Positions 18,628 to 29,021 of a DNA stretch of 64,000 bases are shown here, one piece after another. Origin of the DNA: a virus. The stretch lies in the IMG/VR virus record IMGVR_UViG_3300047548_001509, positions 1-64,000 of that record. One strand, 5' to 3'. The position numbers and the translations under genes were made by a program. The number at the start of each line of letters is the position of its first letter. The stretch's first letter is position 1. The notes under the pieces were generated by a model. That model had not been told where the DNA came from. It did no database searches and saw only the letters and a list, made by a program, of their open reading frames with translations.

Positions 18628-18963
18628 ATGGGTAATCCACTAAGAGATATGGAAAAAATTTATGAAGCTTATACAGGCCAATCTGTAGAATTTTCAAAAT
18701 CAGCAATTGGTCAACGCTCACCTATTCAAGATAGACATTCTTATTCAAGACCTGTTCCAACAACTGCACCTGATAATCCATCTTATGTTGAGTCTCCAAT
18801 GGCCCTTCAGCCTGTAGAATCTGAGGAAGAAGAAAAGAAAGGTAATGTTTCTAGATCCAAACTATCAGAATATGTCAATGCTGAGATACATAAAGCATCA
18901 ATGTTTGGAATGGATTATTGTGTTATGGTTCTTTCTGAACTTCAGAAGAAGTTTCGTCTTTAA
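18628..18963 (+). CDS. Hypothetical late protein (possible internal head protein)
   Basis: Start re-assigned to ATG 18628 behind the late promoter; N-terminal IYEAY motif. Confidence 0.6.
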   Translation: MGNPLRDMEKIYEAYTGQSVEFSKSAIGQRSPIQDRHSYSRPVPTTAPDNPSYVESPMALQPVESEEEEKKGNVSRSKLSEYVNAEIHKASMFGMDYCVMVLSELQKKFRL

Positions 18964-19252
18964 TAGAGCGAATAAGACCCGGTAAATTTATTATGGTGTT
19001 AAAGATATTATCAACACCATAGCAAAATGCAGAAGAAATAAACGGCATCATTAAATGAAACCAAAGCTGTTTATCAAGGAAAAATTGCCAAAACAAACCA
19101 ACCCACCAACCTGAACACATTGCACAAGTTAGTAATTTTCGGAAGAAGTCGTATTCAAATAGCCTCTCCCTAATTGGCTCAAGGATTGACCCGTATTTAA
19201 TAATCCAGGTCAACCCCAAACAACCTAATAGTATTGCAAATAGATCAGCCAT
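18923..19252 (-). CDS. Small membrane protein, DUF1360-like
   Basis: Hydrophobic helices with LLTCAMCSGWW (CxxC). Confidence 0.6.
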   Translation of the reverse strand: MADLFAILLGCLGLTWIIKYGSILEPIRERLFEYDFFRKLLTCAMCSGWWVGLFWQFFLDKQLWFHLMMPFISSAFCYGVDNIFNTIINLPGLIRSIKDETSSEVQKEP

Positions 19253-19481
19253 TGATCAATACATCTCCGGGCATATAAACTTTATTTTCAGCAACTTTTA
19301 ATTGTTGTGATTTAAAGTGTGTATTTGCTCCTTCAACCATATCAAGTTCTTCTTTTGAGAGAATTACTTCTCCACCGAAATCATCAGTGATCTTAAATTT
19401 ATTATCACCAATTTTTTCAACGACTGGGCAATTTTGTCCATTACAACATAGCTTTACTCTGTTTTTATCTAAGATTTTCAT
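19245..19481 (-). CDS. Small hypothetical protein
   Basis: 78-aa ORF, CC-x4-CP motif, TAAATA 5 nt upstream. Confidence 0.55.
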   Translation of the reverse strand: MKILDKNRVKLCCNGQNCPVVEKIGDNKFKITDDFGGEVILSKEELDMVEGANTHFKSQQLKVAENKVYMPGDVLING

Positions 19482-19496
19482 ATTCTTATTTATGTA

Positions 19497-21260
19497 TTAT
19501 TGTTGCTGTGGTTGTTCAACAGGTTCATTTTCTGTAGTTTGATCTTGTGGTTCTTCTCCGGTTTCAGCTGCTGTAATTACACCACCACCTCCGAAAGCTG
19601 GCGGGGCTGCGCTGCCAGCACCTCCGCCACCCATATCCATTCCACCTTCACCTGGTGCTGCACCAGCTTGCATTGCTTCTTGCCAATTTGGACCCAATGC
19701 GGTAATCTGGCTAATCTCCCACTGAAACTCAGCATCTTTTCTAATATATTCCCTATTAGCTAGAATATCTAAGTCAGAAAATCCGAGATATTTCTTTTGC
19801 GCAAACGTCTTTGATATCATTGGATCAGACGTTAAGTTAGTATAGTTTTGAGCTTTTAGTTCAAGCTTCTGATTTTCACGTAAATCATAAAAGTTTGTTG
19901 GTGGGTTAAACTCAATAACCATATTAGGTTCTATTAACTCATACTCACTCCAGAGATTTTTTAATTTGAGATGAGTTATAAACCCCTTTTTAATTGCATT
20001 TGCAAATCTATTTTGATGTCTAATTACAAAACGTGCAAATTTTAACTCTTCACGAAGAATATCACCCCCATCACGGAATGCATCCTGTGGGTCTAATCTT
20101 GTTGTTGGTATTTTTAATGATCTGTATAACTTCTTAATGAAGTGCATCAAATCATCAAGTTGACCTAAATTTTGACCACCTGGGAGGGTCGTGACATCTG
20201 TACCTTGTCCATTACGCTTTGTAAACCAATATGCATCAAGCATAGATTGGGGATTATACTTTTGAACAACGTCGTTCTGGTCTAAGTCAAAGGTCTTTGT
20301 TGACCAATATTGTTGTATTAACTTTCTTAAATGAGCTTCGGCTTTTGGTGGGGGTAAGTTACCGACATCAACGTTAAAAACAAGTCTCTCTGGTGCTCTC
20401 ACAAGTCGATATATAACAATACTATCTTCAATAAGAGATAATTGTCTATATGGTCTGCGAGCGTTTTCTAAAATTGGGAGGACGAATGTTTTTGATTCAT
20501 CATATATACCACTATTGATATATACGCATTGGTTTTCTTGAAGTGGTATAAAATCAAACTTTTCAATTTTGTTTGGATTTTTTGGATCCATAATAGGCTT
20601 TCTATATAGAAAACCTTTCACTATTAAGTTCTGTAAATTATTATATACTGGATCAATTAGTTCCGTTGGTACGTTTACCAGACCCAACACACCTTCATCC
20701 AAGTAATCTTTATGAATAATGTTTTCAAAAAATACCTCCCCTTCGGTTAGATATTGTCTTACATATTGCCACCCTTTTGATTGAAAATCAAAGTAGTCAA
20801 CATACTTAACAAACTCCTTTTGTAAAACTGAATTTTGAACATCTGTTAACTTTATGTTTCTAAATTTTAGTTTACAAACGTCGCCATTATTATCAGGGTT
20901 GATAAATTCGTCACAAATCTCATCTAATGCATCAGCAACTTCACTAAATGCTGCCATTACTCTATAATCTCGTAATCTTGCTCCTTTATCTTGATTGATA
21001 GAAGCATACAATATATGTTGAAACGAATTATCTCTTTGTAATTCTACAATTGGTGAATTGTTATATTGGTTGCTTAGTGCAACAGAATGTTTTGTTAGTA
21101 CTTCAGCTCGTCTAACACCTGCTCCTTCAAACGTTTTATATTTTGGATTATGGTGAGCAGCTTTATCAACAGTCTGGAATGAATTATATGGCAGCTTTTG
21201 TGAAACATAGTCCATCATGCTTCGACCAAAAGTTGAGCTCTTATCTTTTGTATTAGACAT
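19497..21260 (-). CDS. gp20: Portal vertex protein
   Basis: LIEDSIVIYRLVRAPERLVFNVDVGNLP, TTLPGGQNLG, ILREELKF; TATAAATA at 21270..21277. Confidence 0.97.
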   Translation of the reverse strand: MSNTKDKSSTFGRSMMDYVSQKLPYNSFQTVDKAAHHNPKYKTFEGAGVRRAEVLTKHSVALSNQYNNSPIVELQRDNSFQHILYASINQDKGARLRDYRVMAAFSEVADALDEICDEFINPDNNGDVCKLKFRNIKLTDVQNSVLQKEFVKYVDYFDFQSKGWQYVRQYLTEGEVFFENIIHKDYLDEGVLGLVNVPTELIDPVYNNLQNLIVKGFLYRKPIMDPKNPNKIEKFDFIPLQENQCVYINSGIYDESKTFVLPILENARRPYRQLSLIEDSIVIYRLVRAPERLVFNVDVGNLPPPKAEAHLRKLIQQYWSTKTFDLDQNDVVQKYNPQSMLDAYWFTKRNGQGTDVTTLPGGQNLGQLDDLMHFIKKLYRSLKIPTTRLDPQDAFRDGGDILREELKFARFVIRHQNRFANAIKKGFITHLKLKNLWSEYELIEPNMVIEFNPPTNFYDLRENQKLELKAQNYTNLTSDPMISKTFAQKKYLGFSDLDILANREYIRKDAEFQWEISQITALGPNWQEAMQAGAAPGEGGMDMGGGGAGSAAPPAFGGGGVITAAETGEEPQDQTTENEPVEQPQQQ

Positions 21261-21279
21261 TATTACACCTATTTATAAT

Positions 21280-22413
21280 TTATTCCACAAGATTAAAGTA
21301 TATATCTTTATTGGTGCCTGTTGATTGCCAACTGACAAAGTTATGTAACACAAGATCATATAACCCTGGTACACAACCATTTGGTATATCTACAGTCATT
21401 ATATTATCAGATAATACTGTATAGCTCGGAACAGGATAAGCACTGAGCGTCTGACCATATTCACTTGTTAGTTGCTGTTGTGTGGTGAATGTGTTTATTT
21501 GATTGGAGCTAAGTGCAACTGTATCTAATATATCAAAATTCTTACCATATAGTAATACATTTGTATTTGCACTACTTAATACAATCGTTTGTGTATCAAA
21601 TAACTCATATCTTAATCCCTGCTTTGCATAATAAACGTTTGTTATCTGTGGGAATGCTGATAGGGTCACACCGGGTGTGTCTCCTGGATAGCTACCAGAA
21701 AGAAGGGTAGATGACGTGTAATTAAACAGGTCATTTGGCATGTTTGTTGCTTCATAGAAGTCAGCATTAATAAAGTAAATGTTGCTTGTATCTTCTCCAA
21801 GATCTTTAAACAACCACGTCTTTATTGTAAATGTGGTGTCTGCAGATACTTTATATCTGTCGCTTGCAGTCAGATCAACAGGTTGATCCAATGCAATATT
21901 ACCATTCCATAGTACCTCTGTTCGTAACTCTTCAGTATACTCTAATCCAGCTTCTGTTGGTACTTTCCAAGTTAGTATGATATATGGATTAGAATAAACA
22001 ACAAAGTTTGATAATATTTGATATATATCAAGCTCAAACTTTGTAATTATTGACATATTAACGTCAATATTAATTGGTACAGGCTGGGGTATCTTTTGAG
22101 TATTTTTTGTAGATAAATTCTTAACGGGATAATAACCCGTTAGCTTATTAAACACCCTATTTTCATCCCTAGTAATATTTGTAACAGTAAATGCAACAGC
22201 AGGTAATATTAATTCATGAGGTTCTTCAGATATGATATCATGCAGCACCCGACCTTTTGGGGCGTTTATATATCTTACTTTGATTATATCTTGAGGTCTT
22301 TTATTGTTATTAAACCTCTTGACAACGACGTTATCAAACGCAGCAACAAACTGCTTTAAGATGTCTTGGATTTCATGATAATAATTGTAGTTATCCACTA
22401 CATTATTTATCAC
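21280..22413 (-). CDS. gp15: Tail sheath stabiliser / terminator with C-terminal Ig-like extension
   Basis: YYHEIQDILKQFVAAFDNVVV..LPAVAF..PQPVPINIDVNMSI..QILSNF..FTIKTWLF. Confidence 0.8.
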   Translation of the reverse strand: MINNVVDNYNYYHEIQDILKQFVAAFDNVVVKRFNNNKRPQDIIKVRYINAPKGRVLHDIISEEPHELILPAVAFTVTNITRDENRVFNKLTGYYPVKNLSTKNTQKIPQPVPINIDVNMSIITKFELDIYQILSNFVVYSNPYIILTWKVPTEAGLEYTEELRTEVLWNGNIALDQPVDLTASDRYKVSADTTFTIKTWLFKDLGEDTSNIYFINADFYEATNMPNDLFNYTSSTLLSGSYPGDTPGVTLSAFPQITNVYYAKQGLRYELFDTQTIVLSSANTNVLLYGKNFDILDTVALSSNQINTFTTQQQLTSEYGQTLSAYPVPSYTVLSDNIMTVDIPNGCVPGLYDLVLHNFVSWQSTGTNKDIYFNLVE

Positions 22414-24032
22414 ACAAAGCGATCAATGAAGTACTTTGGTAAAATGGATTTGTTATCAAGAATTTCTTCTGATATTTTACCATCTAAAATATACGTAATA
22501 CACTTATCATCTTTTGATCGAACACCTCGGCCACACGCTTGTATTAATTGTGATAACATTTTATTGGTATACCACTTTTGATCCATTTCAGTTAGCTTTT
22601 TAACTCGCTGATTTAGTAATGGTGGGTATGGAGCTTTAACAATAATTTGGAATCTAGCAAGATCATCTTTTAAGTCAACACCAAAAGTCATTGATGGTGA
22701 GACAATAATTGAATCATCATCTGTGTTTAGATGTTGATATAAAATTTGTTCGTTATTTGTACCTGCTTCTCTAAAAATATACCGCCCATATCGAAGCTTA
22801 TTTTTTAGAAACATTGTGATCTCATTTGTGTGGGTATGAATAATACCTTTTTGACCTTTATGAGAATCACAAATTTGCTGAACCATATCTGCAATTGAAG
22901 GCAATGCTTTTTGAAGTGTGTACCTACTCAATTTAAACTTATTAGAGCAAAATATAGGCCCATTTTTTGGATCAAATGTTGACCCTACTTCAATATACCC
23001 ATAGTCTTCAATACCAAGTGTTTTAGCAAAATTCTTGTGATCAATAATAGTTGCTGATAACAGTATAATTCTATCACCATAATCAAATAGATATTTTGAC
23101 AGTTTATCAACCTTCAACGGATAAAATTTGATGGTATCTTTATCAACATCAAAAAGGTACTCACAATCACTCCAAGTATCTAAAACAATTCTAAGTTTAT
23201 GCAAAACGTTTGAGAGATATACAACTCTTAGCTTGAGTGTATTCTCTCTCGATTTCGATGCAGATCGCTTAAGTTCTTCTTTAAATTTATCAATGTTGCT
23301 AGCAATCTGGCCACTAACATTATTAATCCAACCGGGTATCTTACCAACATCGTCATTAAATTGTGGTATCTTTATCTCAGAAGCTCTCAATACTTTAAGA
23401 TTGAGATCGCATGTAAACTGCTTCACCAATACATCTTCAAGTTCAGAAGCTTCATCACATACAATATACTTTCGTCTCTTAACAATATCTGGAAGACTAA
23501 AGAACATATTGTAGTTCAGAGCTGCTAACGTAGATGTAACAGCTCTATTACGTTGTGAGTAGTATGGACATGAATTATTCTTCCAGCATTCCTGCTTAAT
23601 AGATTTAACATGCACACACGGAGCTGTCTCTACAGAGAAGTTAGGATCAACCTCACATGTATAATTTGACTTACCTTTAAGGTCTTCACACTCTTTAAAT
23701 AGTTCAGTATATTGATCCTGCAGAGTTTTTGTAATTGTTAATGCATAACAACCAAAAGACTTTTGCCCATTTACTTCATCTTCATTACTGTATCCACCCA
23801 TTCCATCTGATTTGTATACAGCGTATGAATCAACAAGATCTTTAAAAATTGCAGAACATTTACCTGCTTCGTTAGCAAGTGTTGCTGGTATGAATGACTT
23901 TCCTGAACCGGTCGGTGCACTTATAATAACGAATTTTTTACCCTCTTTAAAATAATTCTCAGCTGATTTGAGAATATCAACTTGCTGTTTGAGAGGAGTA
24001 AAAGTCTTTGGAAAGTAATCAATATAATTCAC
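22410..24032 (-). CDS. DinG/XPD-family SF2 helicase with probable Fe-S cluster
   Basis: APTGSGKS, four Cys, DEAS, LSATI, GVDL, QACGRGVR. Confidence 0.9.
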   Translation of the reverse strand: MNYIDYFPKTFTPLKQQVDILKSAENYFKEGKKFVIISAPTGSGKSFIPATLANEAGKCSAIFKDLVDSYAVYKSDGMGGYSNEDEVNGQKSFGCYALTITKTLQDQYTELFKECEDLKGKSNYTCEVDPNFSVETAPCVHVKSIKQECWKNNSCPYYSQRNRAVTSTLAALNYNMFFSLPDIVKRRKYIVCDEASELEDVLVKQFTCDLNLKVLRASEIKIPQFNDDVGKIPGWINNVSGQIASNIDKFKEELKRSASKSRENTLKLRVVYLSNVLHKLRIVLDTWSDCEYLFDVDKDTIKFYPLKVDKLSKYLFDYGDRIILLSATIIDHKNFAKTLGIEDYGYIEVGSTFDPKNGPIFCSNKFKLSRYTLQKALPSIADMVQQICDSHKGQKGIIHTHTNEITMFLKNKLRYGRYIFREAGTNNEQILYQHLNTDDDSIIVSPSMTFGVDLKDDLARFQIIVKAPYPPLLNQRVKKLTEMDQKWYTNKMLSQLIQACGRGVRSKDDKCITYILDGKISEEILDNKSILPKYFIDRFV

Positions 24033-24039
24033 AATTCAA

Positions 24040-24067
24040 ATTATATCTTAAGAAATTAGGATTTCAA
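24040..24067 (-). promoter_or_regulatory. Sigma70-like promoter, 16-nt spacer
   Basis: TTGAAA-N16-TATAAT, 7 nt before GTG 24032. Confidence 0.6.
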
Positions 24068-24397
24068 GATCTCAATTGTTGAATTATAAAATTTCAATGG
24101 TTTATTTGTAATTTTGAAATTTTTTAGCATTGAAAATATAGGTTTTGATCCATGTGATAGAGACTCAATGGTGTAATCTAACACACATCGATCTGCTTGC
24201 TTTAATAGCTTATATGGGTATGGGAGTTCAAACACCTTAATAACCCCATCTATTTCTATATTAAGCTTTATAAAGAATTGTTTGATATTAACAAGTTTGA
24301 GGCGTCCTTGTTTTACAACTTTGTTATCAACTTTTATAATAATATCTTTGAGTAAGAAATCCATCAAAAGATTTTCAATGTTCTCTTTTTGTTTCAT
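24056..24397 (-). CDS. Hypothetical protein
   Basis: 113-aa ORF, coupled to neighbours. Confidence 0.6.
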   Translation of the reverse strand: MKQKENIENLLMDFLLKDIIIKVDNKVVKQGRLKLVNIKQFFIKLNIEIDGVIKVFELPYPYKLLKQADRCVLDYTIESLSHGSKPIFSMLKNFKITNKPLKFYNSTIEILKS

Positions 24398-24768
24398 GAG
24401 TCCATATAACTTGTTTTATCTCTTTGAGACATTAACCTATATTGCTTATTAAACTTCTCCCAGAATTGCTCTGGATCTAATGCTTCAATAACCGTACAAG
24501 ATTCAACTGGGATATTTCTATAATCTTGCATAAAAATATCCCACACCCCAACAAGATTTTCATATAGGGGGTTATATTTTGGCTGCTGCGTAGGCGGTTT
24601 ATAGTTCAATATCAACCGCCCATTATTAGAGTTCAAAATTTCAAGAGATTTTGTACATAACATCCTCCTTGTAGAAGGGTGGTTATCTTTTAGAAGTCGT
24701 CTTGTAAATCGTACATCTAAAACCTTTTCTCTTAAAAGTTGATCCAATTGAGATTTTAACATTATCAA
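24394..24768 (-). CDS. WYL_2/DUF2693-like SH3-fold protein
   Basis: VRFTRR..RRMLCT..VWDIFMQDYRNI pattern. Confidence 0.55.
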   Translation of the reverse strand: MIMLKSQLDQLLREKVLDVRFTRRLLKDNHPSTRRMLCTKSLEILNSNNGRLILNYKPPTQQPKYNPLYENLVGVWDIFMQDYRNIPVESCTVIEALDPEQFWEKFNKQYRLMSQRDKTSYMDS

Positions 24769-25160
24769 TTAACTTTTGTGCATACACCAAACAAACGTTG
24801 CTCGTTTAAGAATTTACCATTCTTCACAATACCGTAATCTGCAATAGCTGCGTTTGTTAATGCAATTCCCCTGTCGTGTGGGAACATTACAACATCACCA
24901 ACTTTACAGTGCTTTACGTCTGGACCTGCAAGAATTACTTTTCCTCGTCGCCAAAGAGATCGGGTTGCTGCAACAGGAACGAAAAGAGAACCCCTTTTAA
25001 CCATATCTCCAGTTTCGTCTGTATCATTATATTCAACAAGAACAATGTCACCAAAAACTTTTGATAAAATGTATTCATTATCAAATGAAAATTCTGCATT
25101 ATCATAACGTTCAATATCAAGTCCAACAGTTACTGGACCAAGCATGTCAATATCAGCCAT
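24765..25160 (-). CDS. GroES-like co-chaperonin (gp31 analogue)
   Basis: GDIVLVE..GSLFVP..GKVILAGPDVKHCKVGDVVMFP..LNEQRLFG. Confidence 0.8.
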   Translation of the reverse strand: MADIDMLGPVTVGLDIERYDNAEFSFDNEYILSKVFGDIVLVEYNDTDETGDMVKRGSLFVPVAATRSLWRRGKVILAGPDVKHCKVGDVVMFPHDRGIALTNAAIADYGIVKNGKFLNEQRLFGVCTKVN

Positions 25161-25165
25161 ATTGT

Positions 25166-25540
25166 TTAGTTATATTGTTTAAAATATTGTTCAACCTCTC
25201 TCTTAGAGATTTCTCGAGCTTTTGCAATTAACCCAATATTTTTTTCTTGCTCCTCTTGCTCTTTATTGGGCTTTTCTTTCTTCACCTTTTTAACATAATT
25301 GATTTTTTTGAATCTACAACTTGGTATAATATTCATTAAAAATGACAGTTGATCATCTTTTGAGTCAAAAGCCTGACCGTATTTATTGGTTGTATCATCA
25401 ATAAGATTGTTAATACCCGGTGAGTACATTGAGCACCATCTATTGATCATATATAGATTGAAGATATTTTCATCATCAACATTTATACTAAGGGGCTTCT
25501 TTGTATAGAGAAGTGAATTAAGAATAGAGAATATAGTCAT
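25166..25540 (-). CDS. gp62: Clamp loader small subunit
   Basis: FSILNSL..FNLYMINRWCS..Q..FLMNIIP..YVKK..ISKREVEQY pattern. Confidence 0.7.
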   Translation of the reverse strand: MTIFSILNSLLYTKKPLSINVDDENIFNLYMINRWCSMYSPGINNLIDDTTNKYGQAFDSKDDQLSFLMNIIPSCRFKKINYVKKVKKEKPNKEQEEQEKNIGLIAKAREISKREVEQYFKQYN

Positions 25541-26121
25541 TAAAGAGAAATTTTTGTAGTTGCTTTAAAAATATCTGCAACCATTTCGTCAAATAAACCA
25601 CAAACATCATTCATAAAAGACAACACCTTATCATTTGCCATCTTAGTTGAATATGCAAAACCAGGAGCTGTTAGACCGGCATCAATATTAATGCCAAGAT
25701 GACCTATTGCTACATTGTCTTTGGAGTACGTTATAGATACCGAACACTTACCAACATCATATTCTTTTCCGTCTGAACCAACAAACTTATCAACAACCAT
25801 AATATCATCACCTTTCACAGATATAGGTTTTTGAATATATTGGAAGATAATATTAGCAACATTGGTATTGAATAGTCTTTGAAAAGCAACAGCACCTAAT
25901 GGACACATATTTGGAATTTCCCAACAGAAGTTAATAGCATCGTCACTTGCAATAAAATCATTTGTTAGGGCGTCTTCAAGGTCGATAAGATTATCAGATA
26001 CATTCATTGGGCTTCTAAATGCGACAATATTACCATATGGACTAACATTTTCACGGAAATATTTGTAAGCAAATCTTGATTTTAAGAATGAACCGTTGTA
26101 ATCTTTTTGTTTGATTATCAT
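25540..26121 (-). CDS. DUF366-family protein (BPL/LplA-like fold)
   Basis: YNGSFL..IVAFRSPM..LIDLED..QRL..GDDI..KCSVSI..HLGINI. Confidence 0.7.
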   Translation of the reverse strand: MIIKQKDYNGSFLKSRFAYKYFRENVSPYGNIVAFRSPMNVSDNLIDLEDALTNDFIASDDAINFCWEIPNMCPLGAVAFQRLFNTNVANIIFQYIQKPISVKGDDIMVVDKFVGSDGKEYDVGKCSVSITYSKDNVAIGHLGINIDAGLTAPGFAYSTKMANDKVLSFMNDVCGLFDEMVADIFKATTKISL

Positions 26122-26146
26122 ATCTAATTATATAATGTTTTGAATT

Positions 26147-26947
26147 TTAATCAATACTGTAATTAAAAAGTTCTTCAATTTGCTGCTTATATGGTTTTAT
26201 TATTCTTGTCCCATAATGTATAGATTGTAAAGCTCTATTAATCGGTTGCTCTGATTCAACGGGTATAACTTCATTGTTTAGTTTATATACATCATTTATT
26301 ATTTTAACCAGACTGTACTTTGTTATATGTTGAGATGTATAATAATGCTTTACTCCGTTCCAAAGGATTCCCTTATTAATAATTTTATCTATCTCTCTAC
26401 ATAACTCCAAACAAGTAACCCCGTTCCATATATGATTAATATATCCATTTATAGATGAATTTTTATTGGACTTTACCCACTCAATTAGAGAGAGTTTACC
26501 TTTATTTTCTTCTCCAATTATGGAAGTTCGTATAATTGTAAGGTTTGTATATTCTCCATTATACTTAGTGATTCCATACACATCTTTTGCATTTGCAATA
26601 CTTAGTTCATTATACCAACCGGACTGACCATCAAAAACACAATCGGTTGTGATATGAATTATATTACAATCAAACATCTGCTTTAGTATAGACAAATGAA
26701 GGGGTATTACTGAATTAAGATTAATACTCTCTGTTATGGAATAATCCTTTTGTTTAATTGCGCCTATGCAGTTTATTATGACATCTTTTACAGAGACTTT
26801 ATCTTTAAGAAAATCTATAATAGACACAGATGTTGCTTGATCTCCATAATCAGCTCTTGTTAGTGGAATAACATCATATTTACTTTTTAGAAATTTTGAT
26901 GCATAAGTGCCAAGCATTCCATTCGCACCTAAAATAAAAACTTTCAT
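26147..26947 (-). CDS. rmlD: dTDP-4-dehydrorhamnose reductase-like SDR
   Basis: GANGMLG, HITTDCVFDG, YGITK, RTSIIG. Confidence 0.85.
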   Translation of the reverse strand: MKVFILGANGMLGTYASKFLKSKYDVIPLTRADYGDQATSVSIIDFLKDKVSVKDVIINCIGAIKQKDYSITESINLNSVIPLHLSILKQMFDCNIIHITTDCVFDGQSGWYNELSIANAKDVYGITKYNGEYTNLTIIRTSIIGEENKGKLSLIEWVKSNKNSSINGYINHIWNGVTCLELCREIDKIINKGILWNGVKHYYTSQHITKYSLVKIINDVYKLNNEVIPVESEQPINRALQSIHYGTRIIKPYKQQIEELFNYSID

Positions 26948-27498
26948 ATGTATATTATTTGTTTGTTTCTTTTTATTTTTTTTACCATCGTCACTCCCGG
27001 ATTAAAAGGAAGGGTGAGTATTTCAAAATCATCAATGAAATATGTTTTTATGTGTAATGCAGTTTTATATACATCATTACACATTCCAGGGTCGAACATT
27101 TTTGAATCATGAGGGTATGTATCATGTAAAAAAATAAACCCATCTTCTATTACTCTATCTTTAACATTGTTGAAATCTATTAACGACTGTTCATAAGAAT
27201 GGTCAGCATCAATAAAAACTACATCAAATACTGTAATAGGATCTAGTTTACTAAAATATTCATCAGTTGTCATTTGGTGGTATTCCATATTAGACTTCAT
27301 CGGTCTCTTAGGGGGTATGATATCCACACCTATAGCTCTCTTGCAATGCTTTGCACATACTTCAAAATTTACCCCTTCTCTAACACCTAATTCAATATAA
27401 CATTCAGGCTTTATCCAACTCAACATCATATCAAAAAAATTAATATGATCGAAAGTTTCAACTGGCGGCGGTAGATTACGTAAGTGTATTGGAGTCAT
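26944..27498 (-). CDS. Class I SAM-dependent methyltransferase (Methyltransf_24-like)
   Basis: YIELGVREG, FIDADHSYE, FLHDTYP. Confidence 0.85.
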   Translation of the reverse strand: MTPIHLRNLPPPVETFDHINFFDMMLSWIKPECYIELGVREGVNFEVCAKHCKRAIGVDIIPPKRPMKSNMEYHQMTTDEYFSKLDPITVFDVVFIDADHSYEQSLIDFNNVKDRVIEDGFIFLHDTYPHDSKMFDPGMCNDVYKTALHIKTYFIDDFEILTLPFNPGVTMVKKIKRNKQIIYI

Positions 27499-28231
27499 AT
27501 TCTGGCTTTGGGGTATAATTTTTTGTAAATATAGTTGTTATAGCTCTCTCAATCATGTGAGCTTCAGCATTTAATACGTTCCATGATAATATATGTCTTA
27601 TTTTTTCATAGAACTGCTTTGTATACCTAAGAATTAAATGCTTAGGTATGATATAGCAACCGCCAGGAGAGAATTGAAGATATTGTTCTATAGGTGGGTC
27701 AATGTACATATCATTAAAAAAATCATTTATATTTGTATAATACTTTGATGGTTGTAAACCAAAATACCAACTATTATTAAGTTCTAAGTACTCACCATTA
27801 GGTCCTTTTTTGTTATCATAACCAGAAAATCTCCAATCTTCTTTGAAAAAATCATTAAGCTCTGTAAATGTTGTATTGTTGCAATTTTCCTTGAAAAATT
27901 CTTCAGTGCAATTTCCATTAGATAGTCTGTTGCCTTTATTATCATATCTAGGGGTACCTGTATCTTTTGGGAAAAGAAACGCTGCTCTACAGAAGATCAT
28001 ACAATCTGGAAGATTATTGTATCTTGTAACAATAAAATCAAATATGTCGTATATATTTTGACCGACATTGTTTTGGTGTATTACCTTATCTGTCTGTCTA
28101 AACCTATGTGCTCTATCATAGATTAAGTAATTATCTGTTGATCTACAAACCCATGAATTTTCTAAGTCTTCGTCCAACCAGTTGTAATCACTAACAACGA
28201 GAAAATTTTTTTCAATATTAAAATTTATCAT
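27476..28231 (-). CDS. DUF3431-like glycosyltransferase-related protein
   Basis: LVVSDYN..YLIYD..NVG..FIVTRYNNLPD..FSPGGCYIIPK..AHMIER. Confidence 0.6.
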   Translation of the reverse strand: MINFNIEKNFLVVSDYNWLDEDLENSWVCRSTDNYLIYDRAHRFRQTDKVIHQNNVGQNIYDIFDFIVTRYNNLPDCMIFCRAAFLFPKDTGTPRYDNKGNRLSNGNCTEEFFKENCNNTTFTELNDFFKEDWRFSGYDNKKGPNGEYLELNNSWYFGLQPSKYYTNINDFFNDMYIDPPIEQYLQFSPGGCYIIPKHLILRYTKQFYEKIRHILSWNVLNAEAHMIERAITTIFTKNYTPKPEYDSNTLT

Positions 28232-29021
28232 AAAACAAATTAATCCACTTCTGTTTATTGTCTTTAAGATATTGAGGCAATCTACTAAAATCTGTAGATA
28301 TTACATCACTACTATTAATTTCTATATGATTCTTAGCTCGATTAAATCTTCCAATATTATCTGGATGGCTATCTCCCCATTTATCTGCATGTTTAATAAG
28401 CCAAGAAAAATGCCATCCAGCTGGCTCAGACTCACCTAGCATTGCAATGCTAGGGCATTCTCTTTCTGTTCTAAAGTGATTTGGACCAAATTGATTTAAA
28501 ATTTTAAATTGCCCTATTCTTGTACCGGTCCAATCACTAAAATGTTGAGTTGTTGGAACATCTACCCATAATGCTCTGCCTTCAAGGATTGGCTTATATA
28601 CCTTTCCATTAAAATCTAACCCCTCAAAAGATATTTTTGGGTTCCATATTTCATCTACATCTGACACACATATAATATCGTCATCATTACAAATAGGTAG
28701 TAATGGAATTATAAGTTCTTCTTTTTGATAAAATTCTCTTACCCAGTAGTGTTCTTTATTTGGTCCAGTATTAGGACTAGCTAAAGCTTTTTGGTATATA
28801 TGTTCATTTGTATGAAAATCTGTAGTTATATAATGTATAATTTTATCTTCCCACTCTTTAAACCTGTCTCTATTTTCGTTAAAGAATAATGGTTTTTCTT
28901 TACCATTAAAGGTTTGATTAGACTCTACAACTATAAATCTATCAACAACGGGGCTTAATATGTTAAATCTTATTTCAAGTAAATCTAACTCATCAAAAAA
29001 ATTGAAACAATCGTATATCAT
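28218..29021 (-). CDS. Glycosyltransferase family 17-like
   Basis: IYDCFNFFDELDLLEIR, VVESNQTFNG, SDVDEI, GWHFSW. Confidence 0.85.
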   Translation of the reverse strand: MIYDCFNFFDELDLLEIRFNILSPVVDRFIVVESNQTFNGKEKPLFFNENRDRFKEWEDKIIHYITTDFHTNEHIYQKALASPNTGPNKEHYWVREFYQKEELIIPLLPICNDDDIICVSDVDEIWNPKISFEGLDFNGKVYKPILEGRALWVDVPTTQHFSDWTGTRIGQFKILNQFGPNHFRTERECPSIAMLGESEPAGWHFSWLIKHADKWGDSHPDNIGRFNRAKNHIEINSSDVISTDFSRLPQYLKDNKQKWINLFYDKF

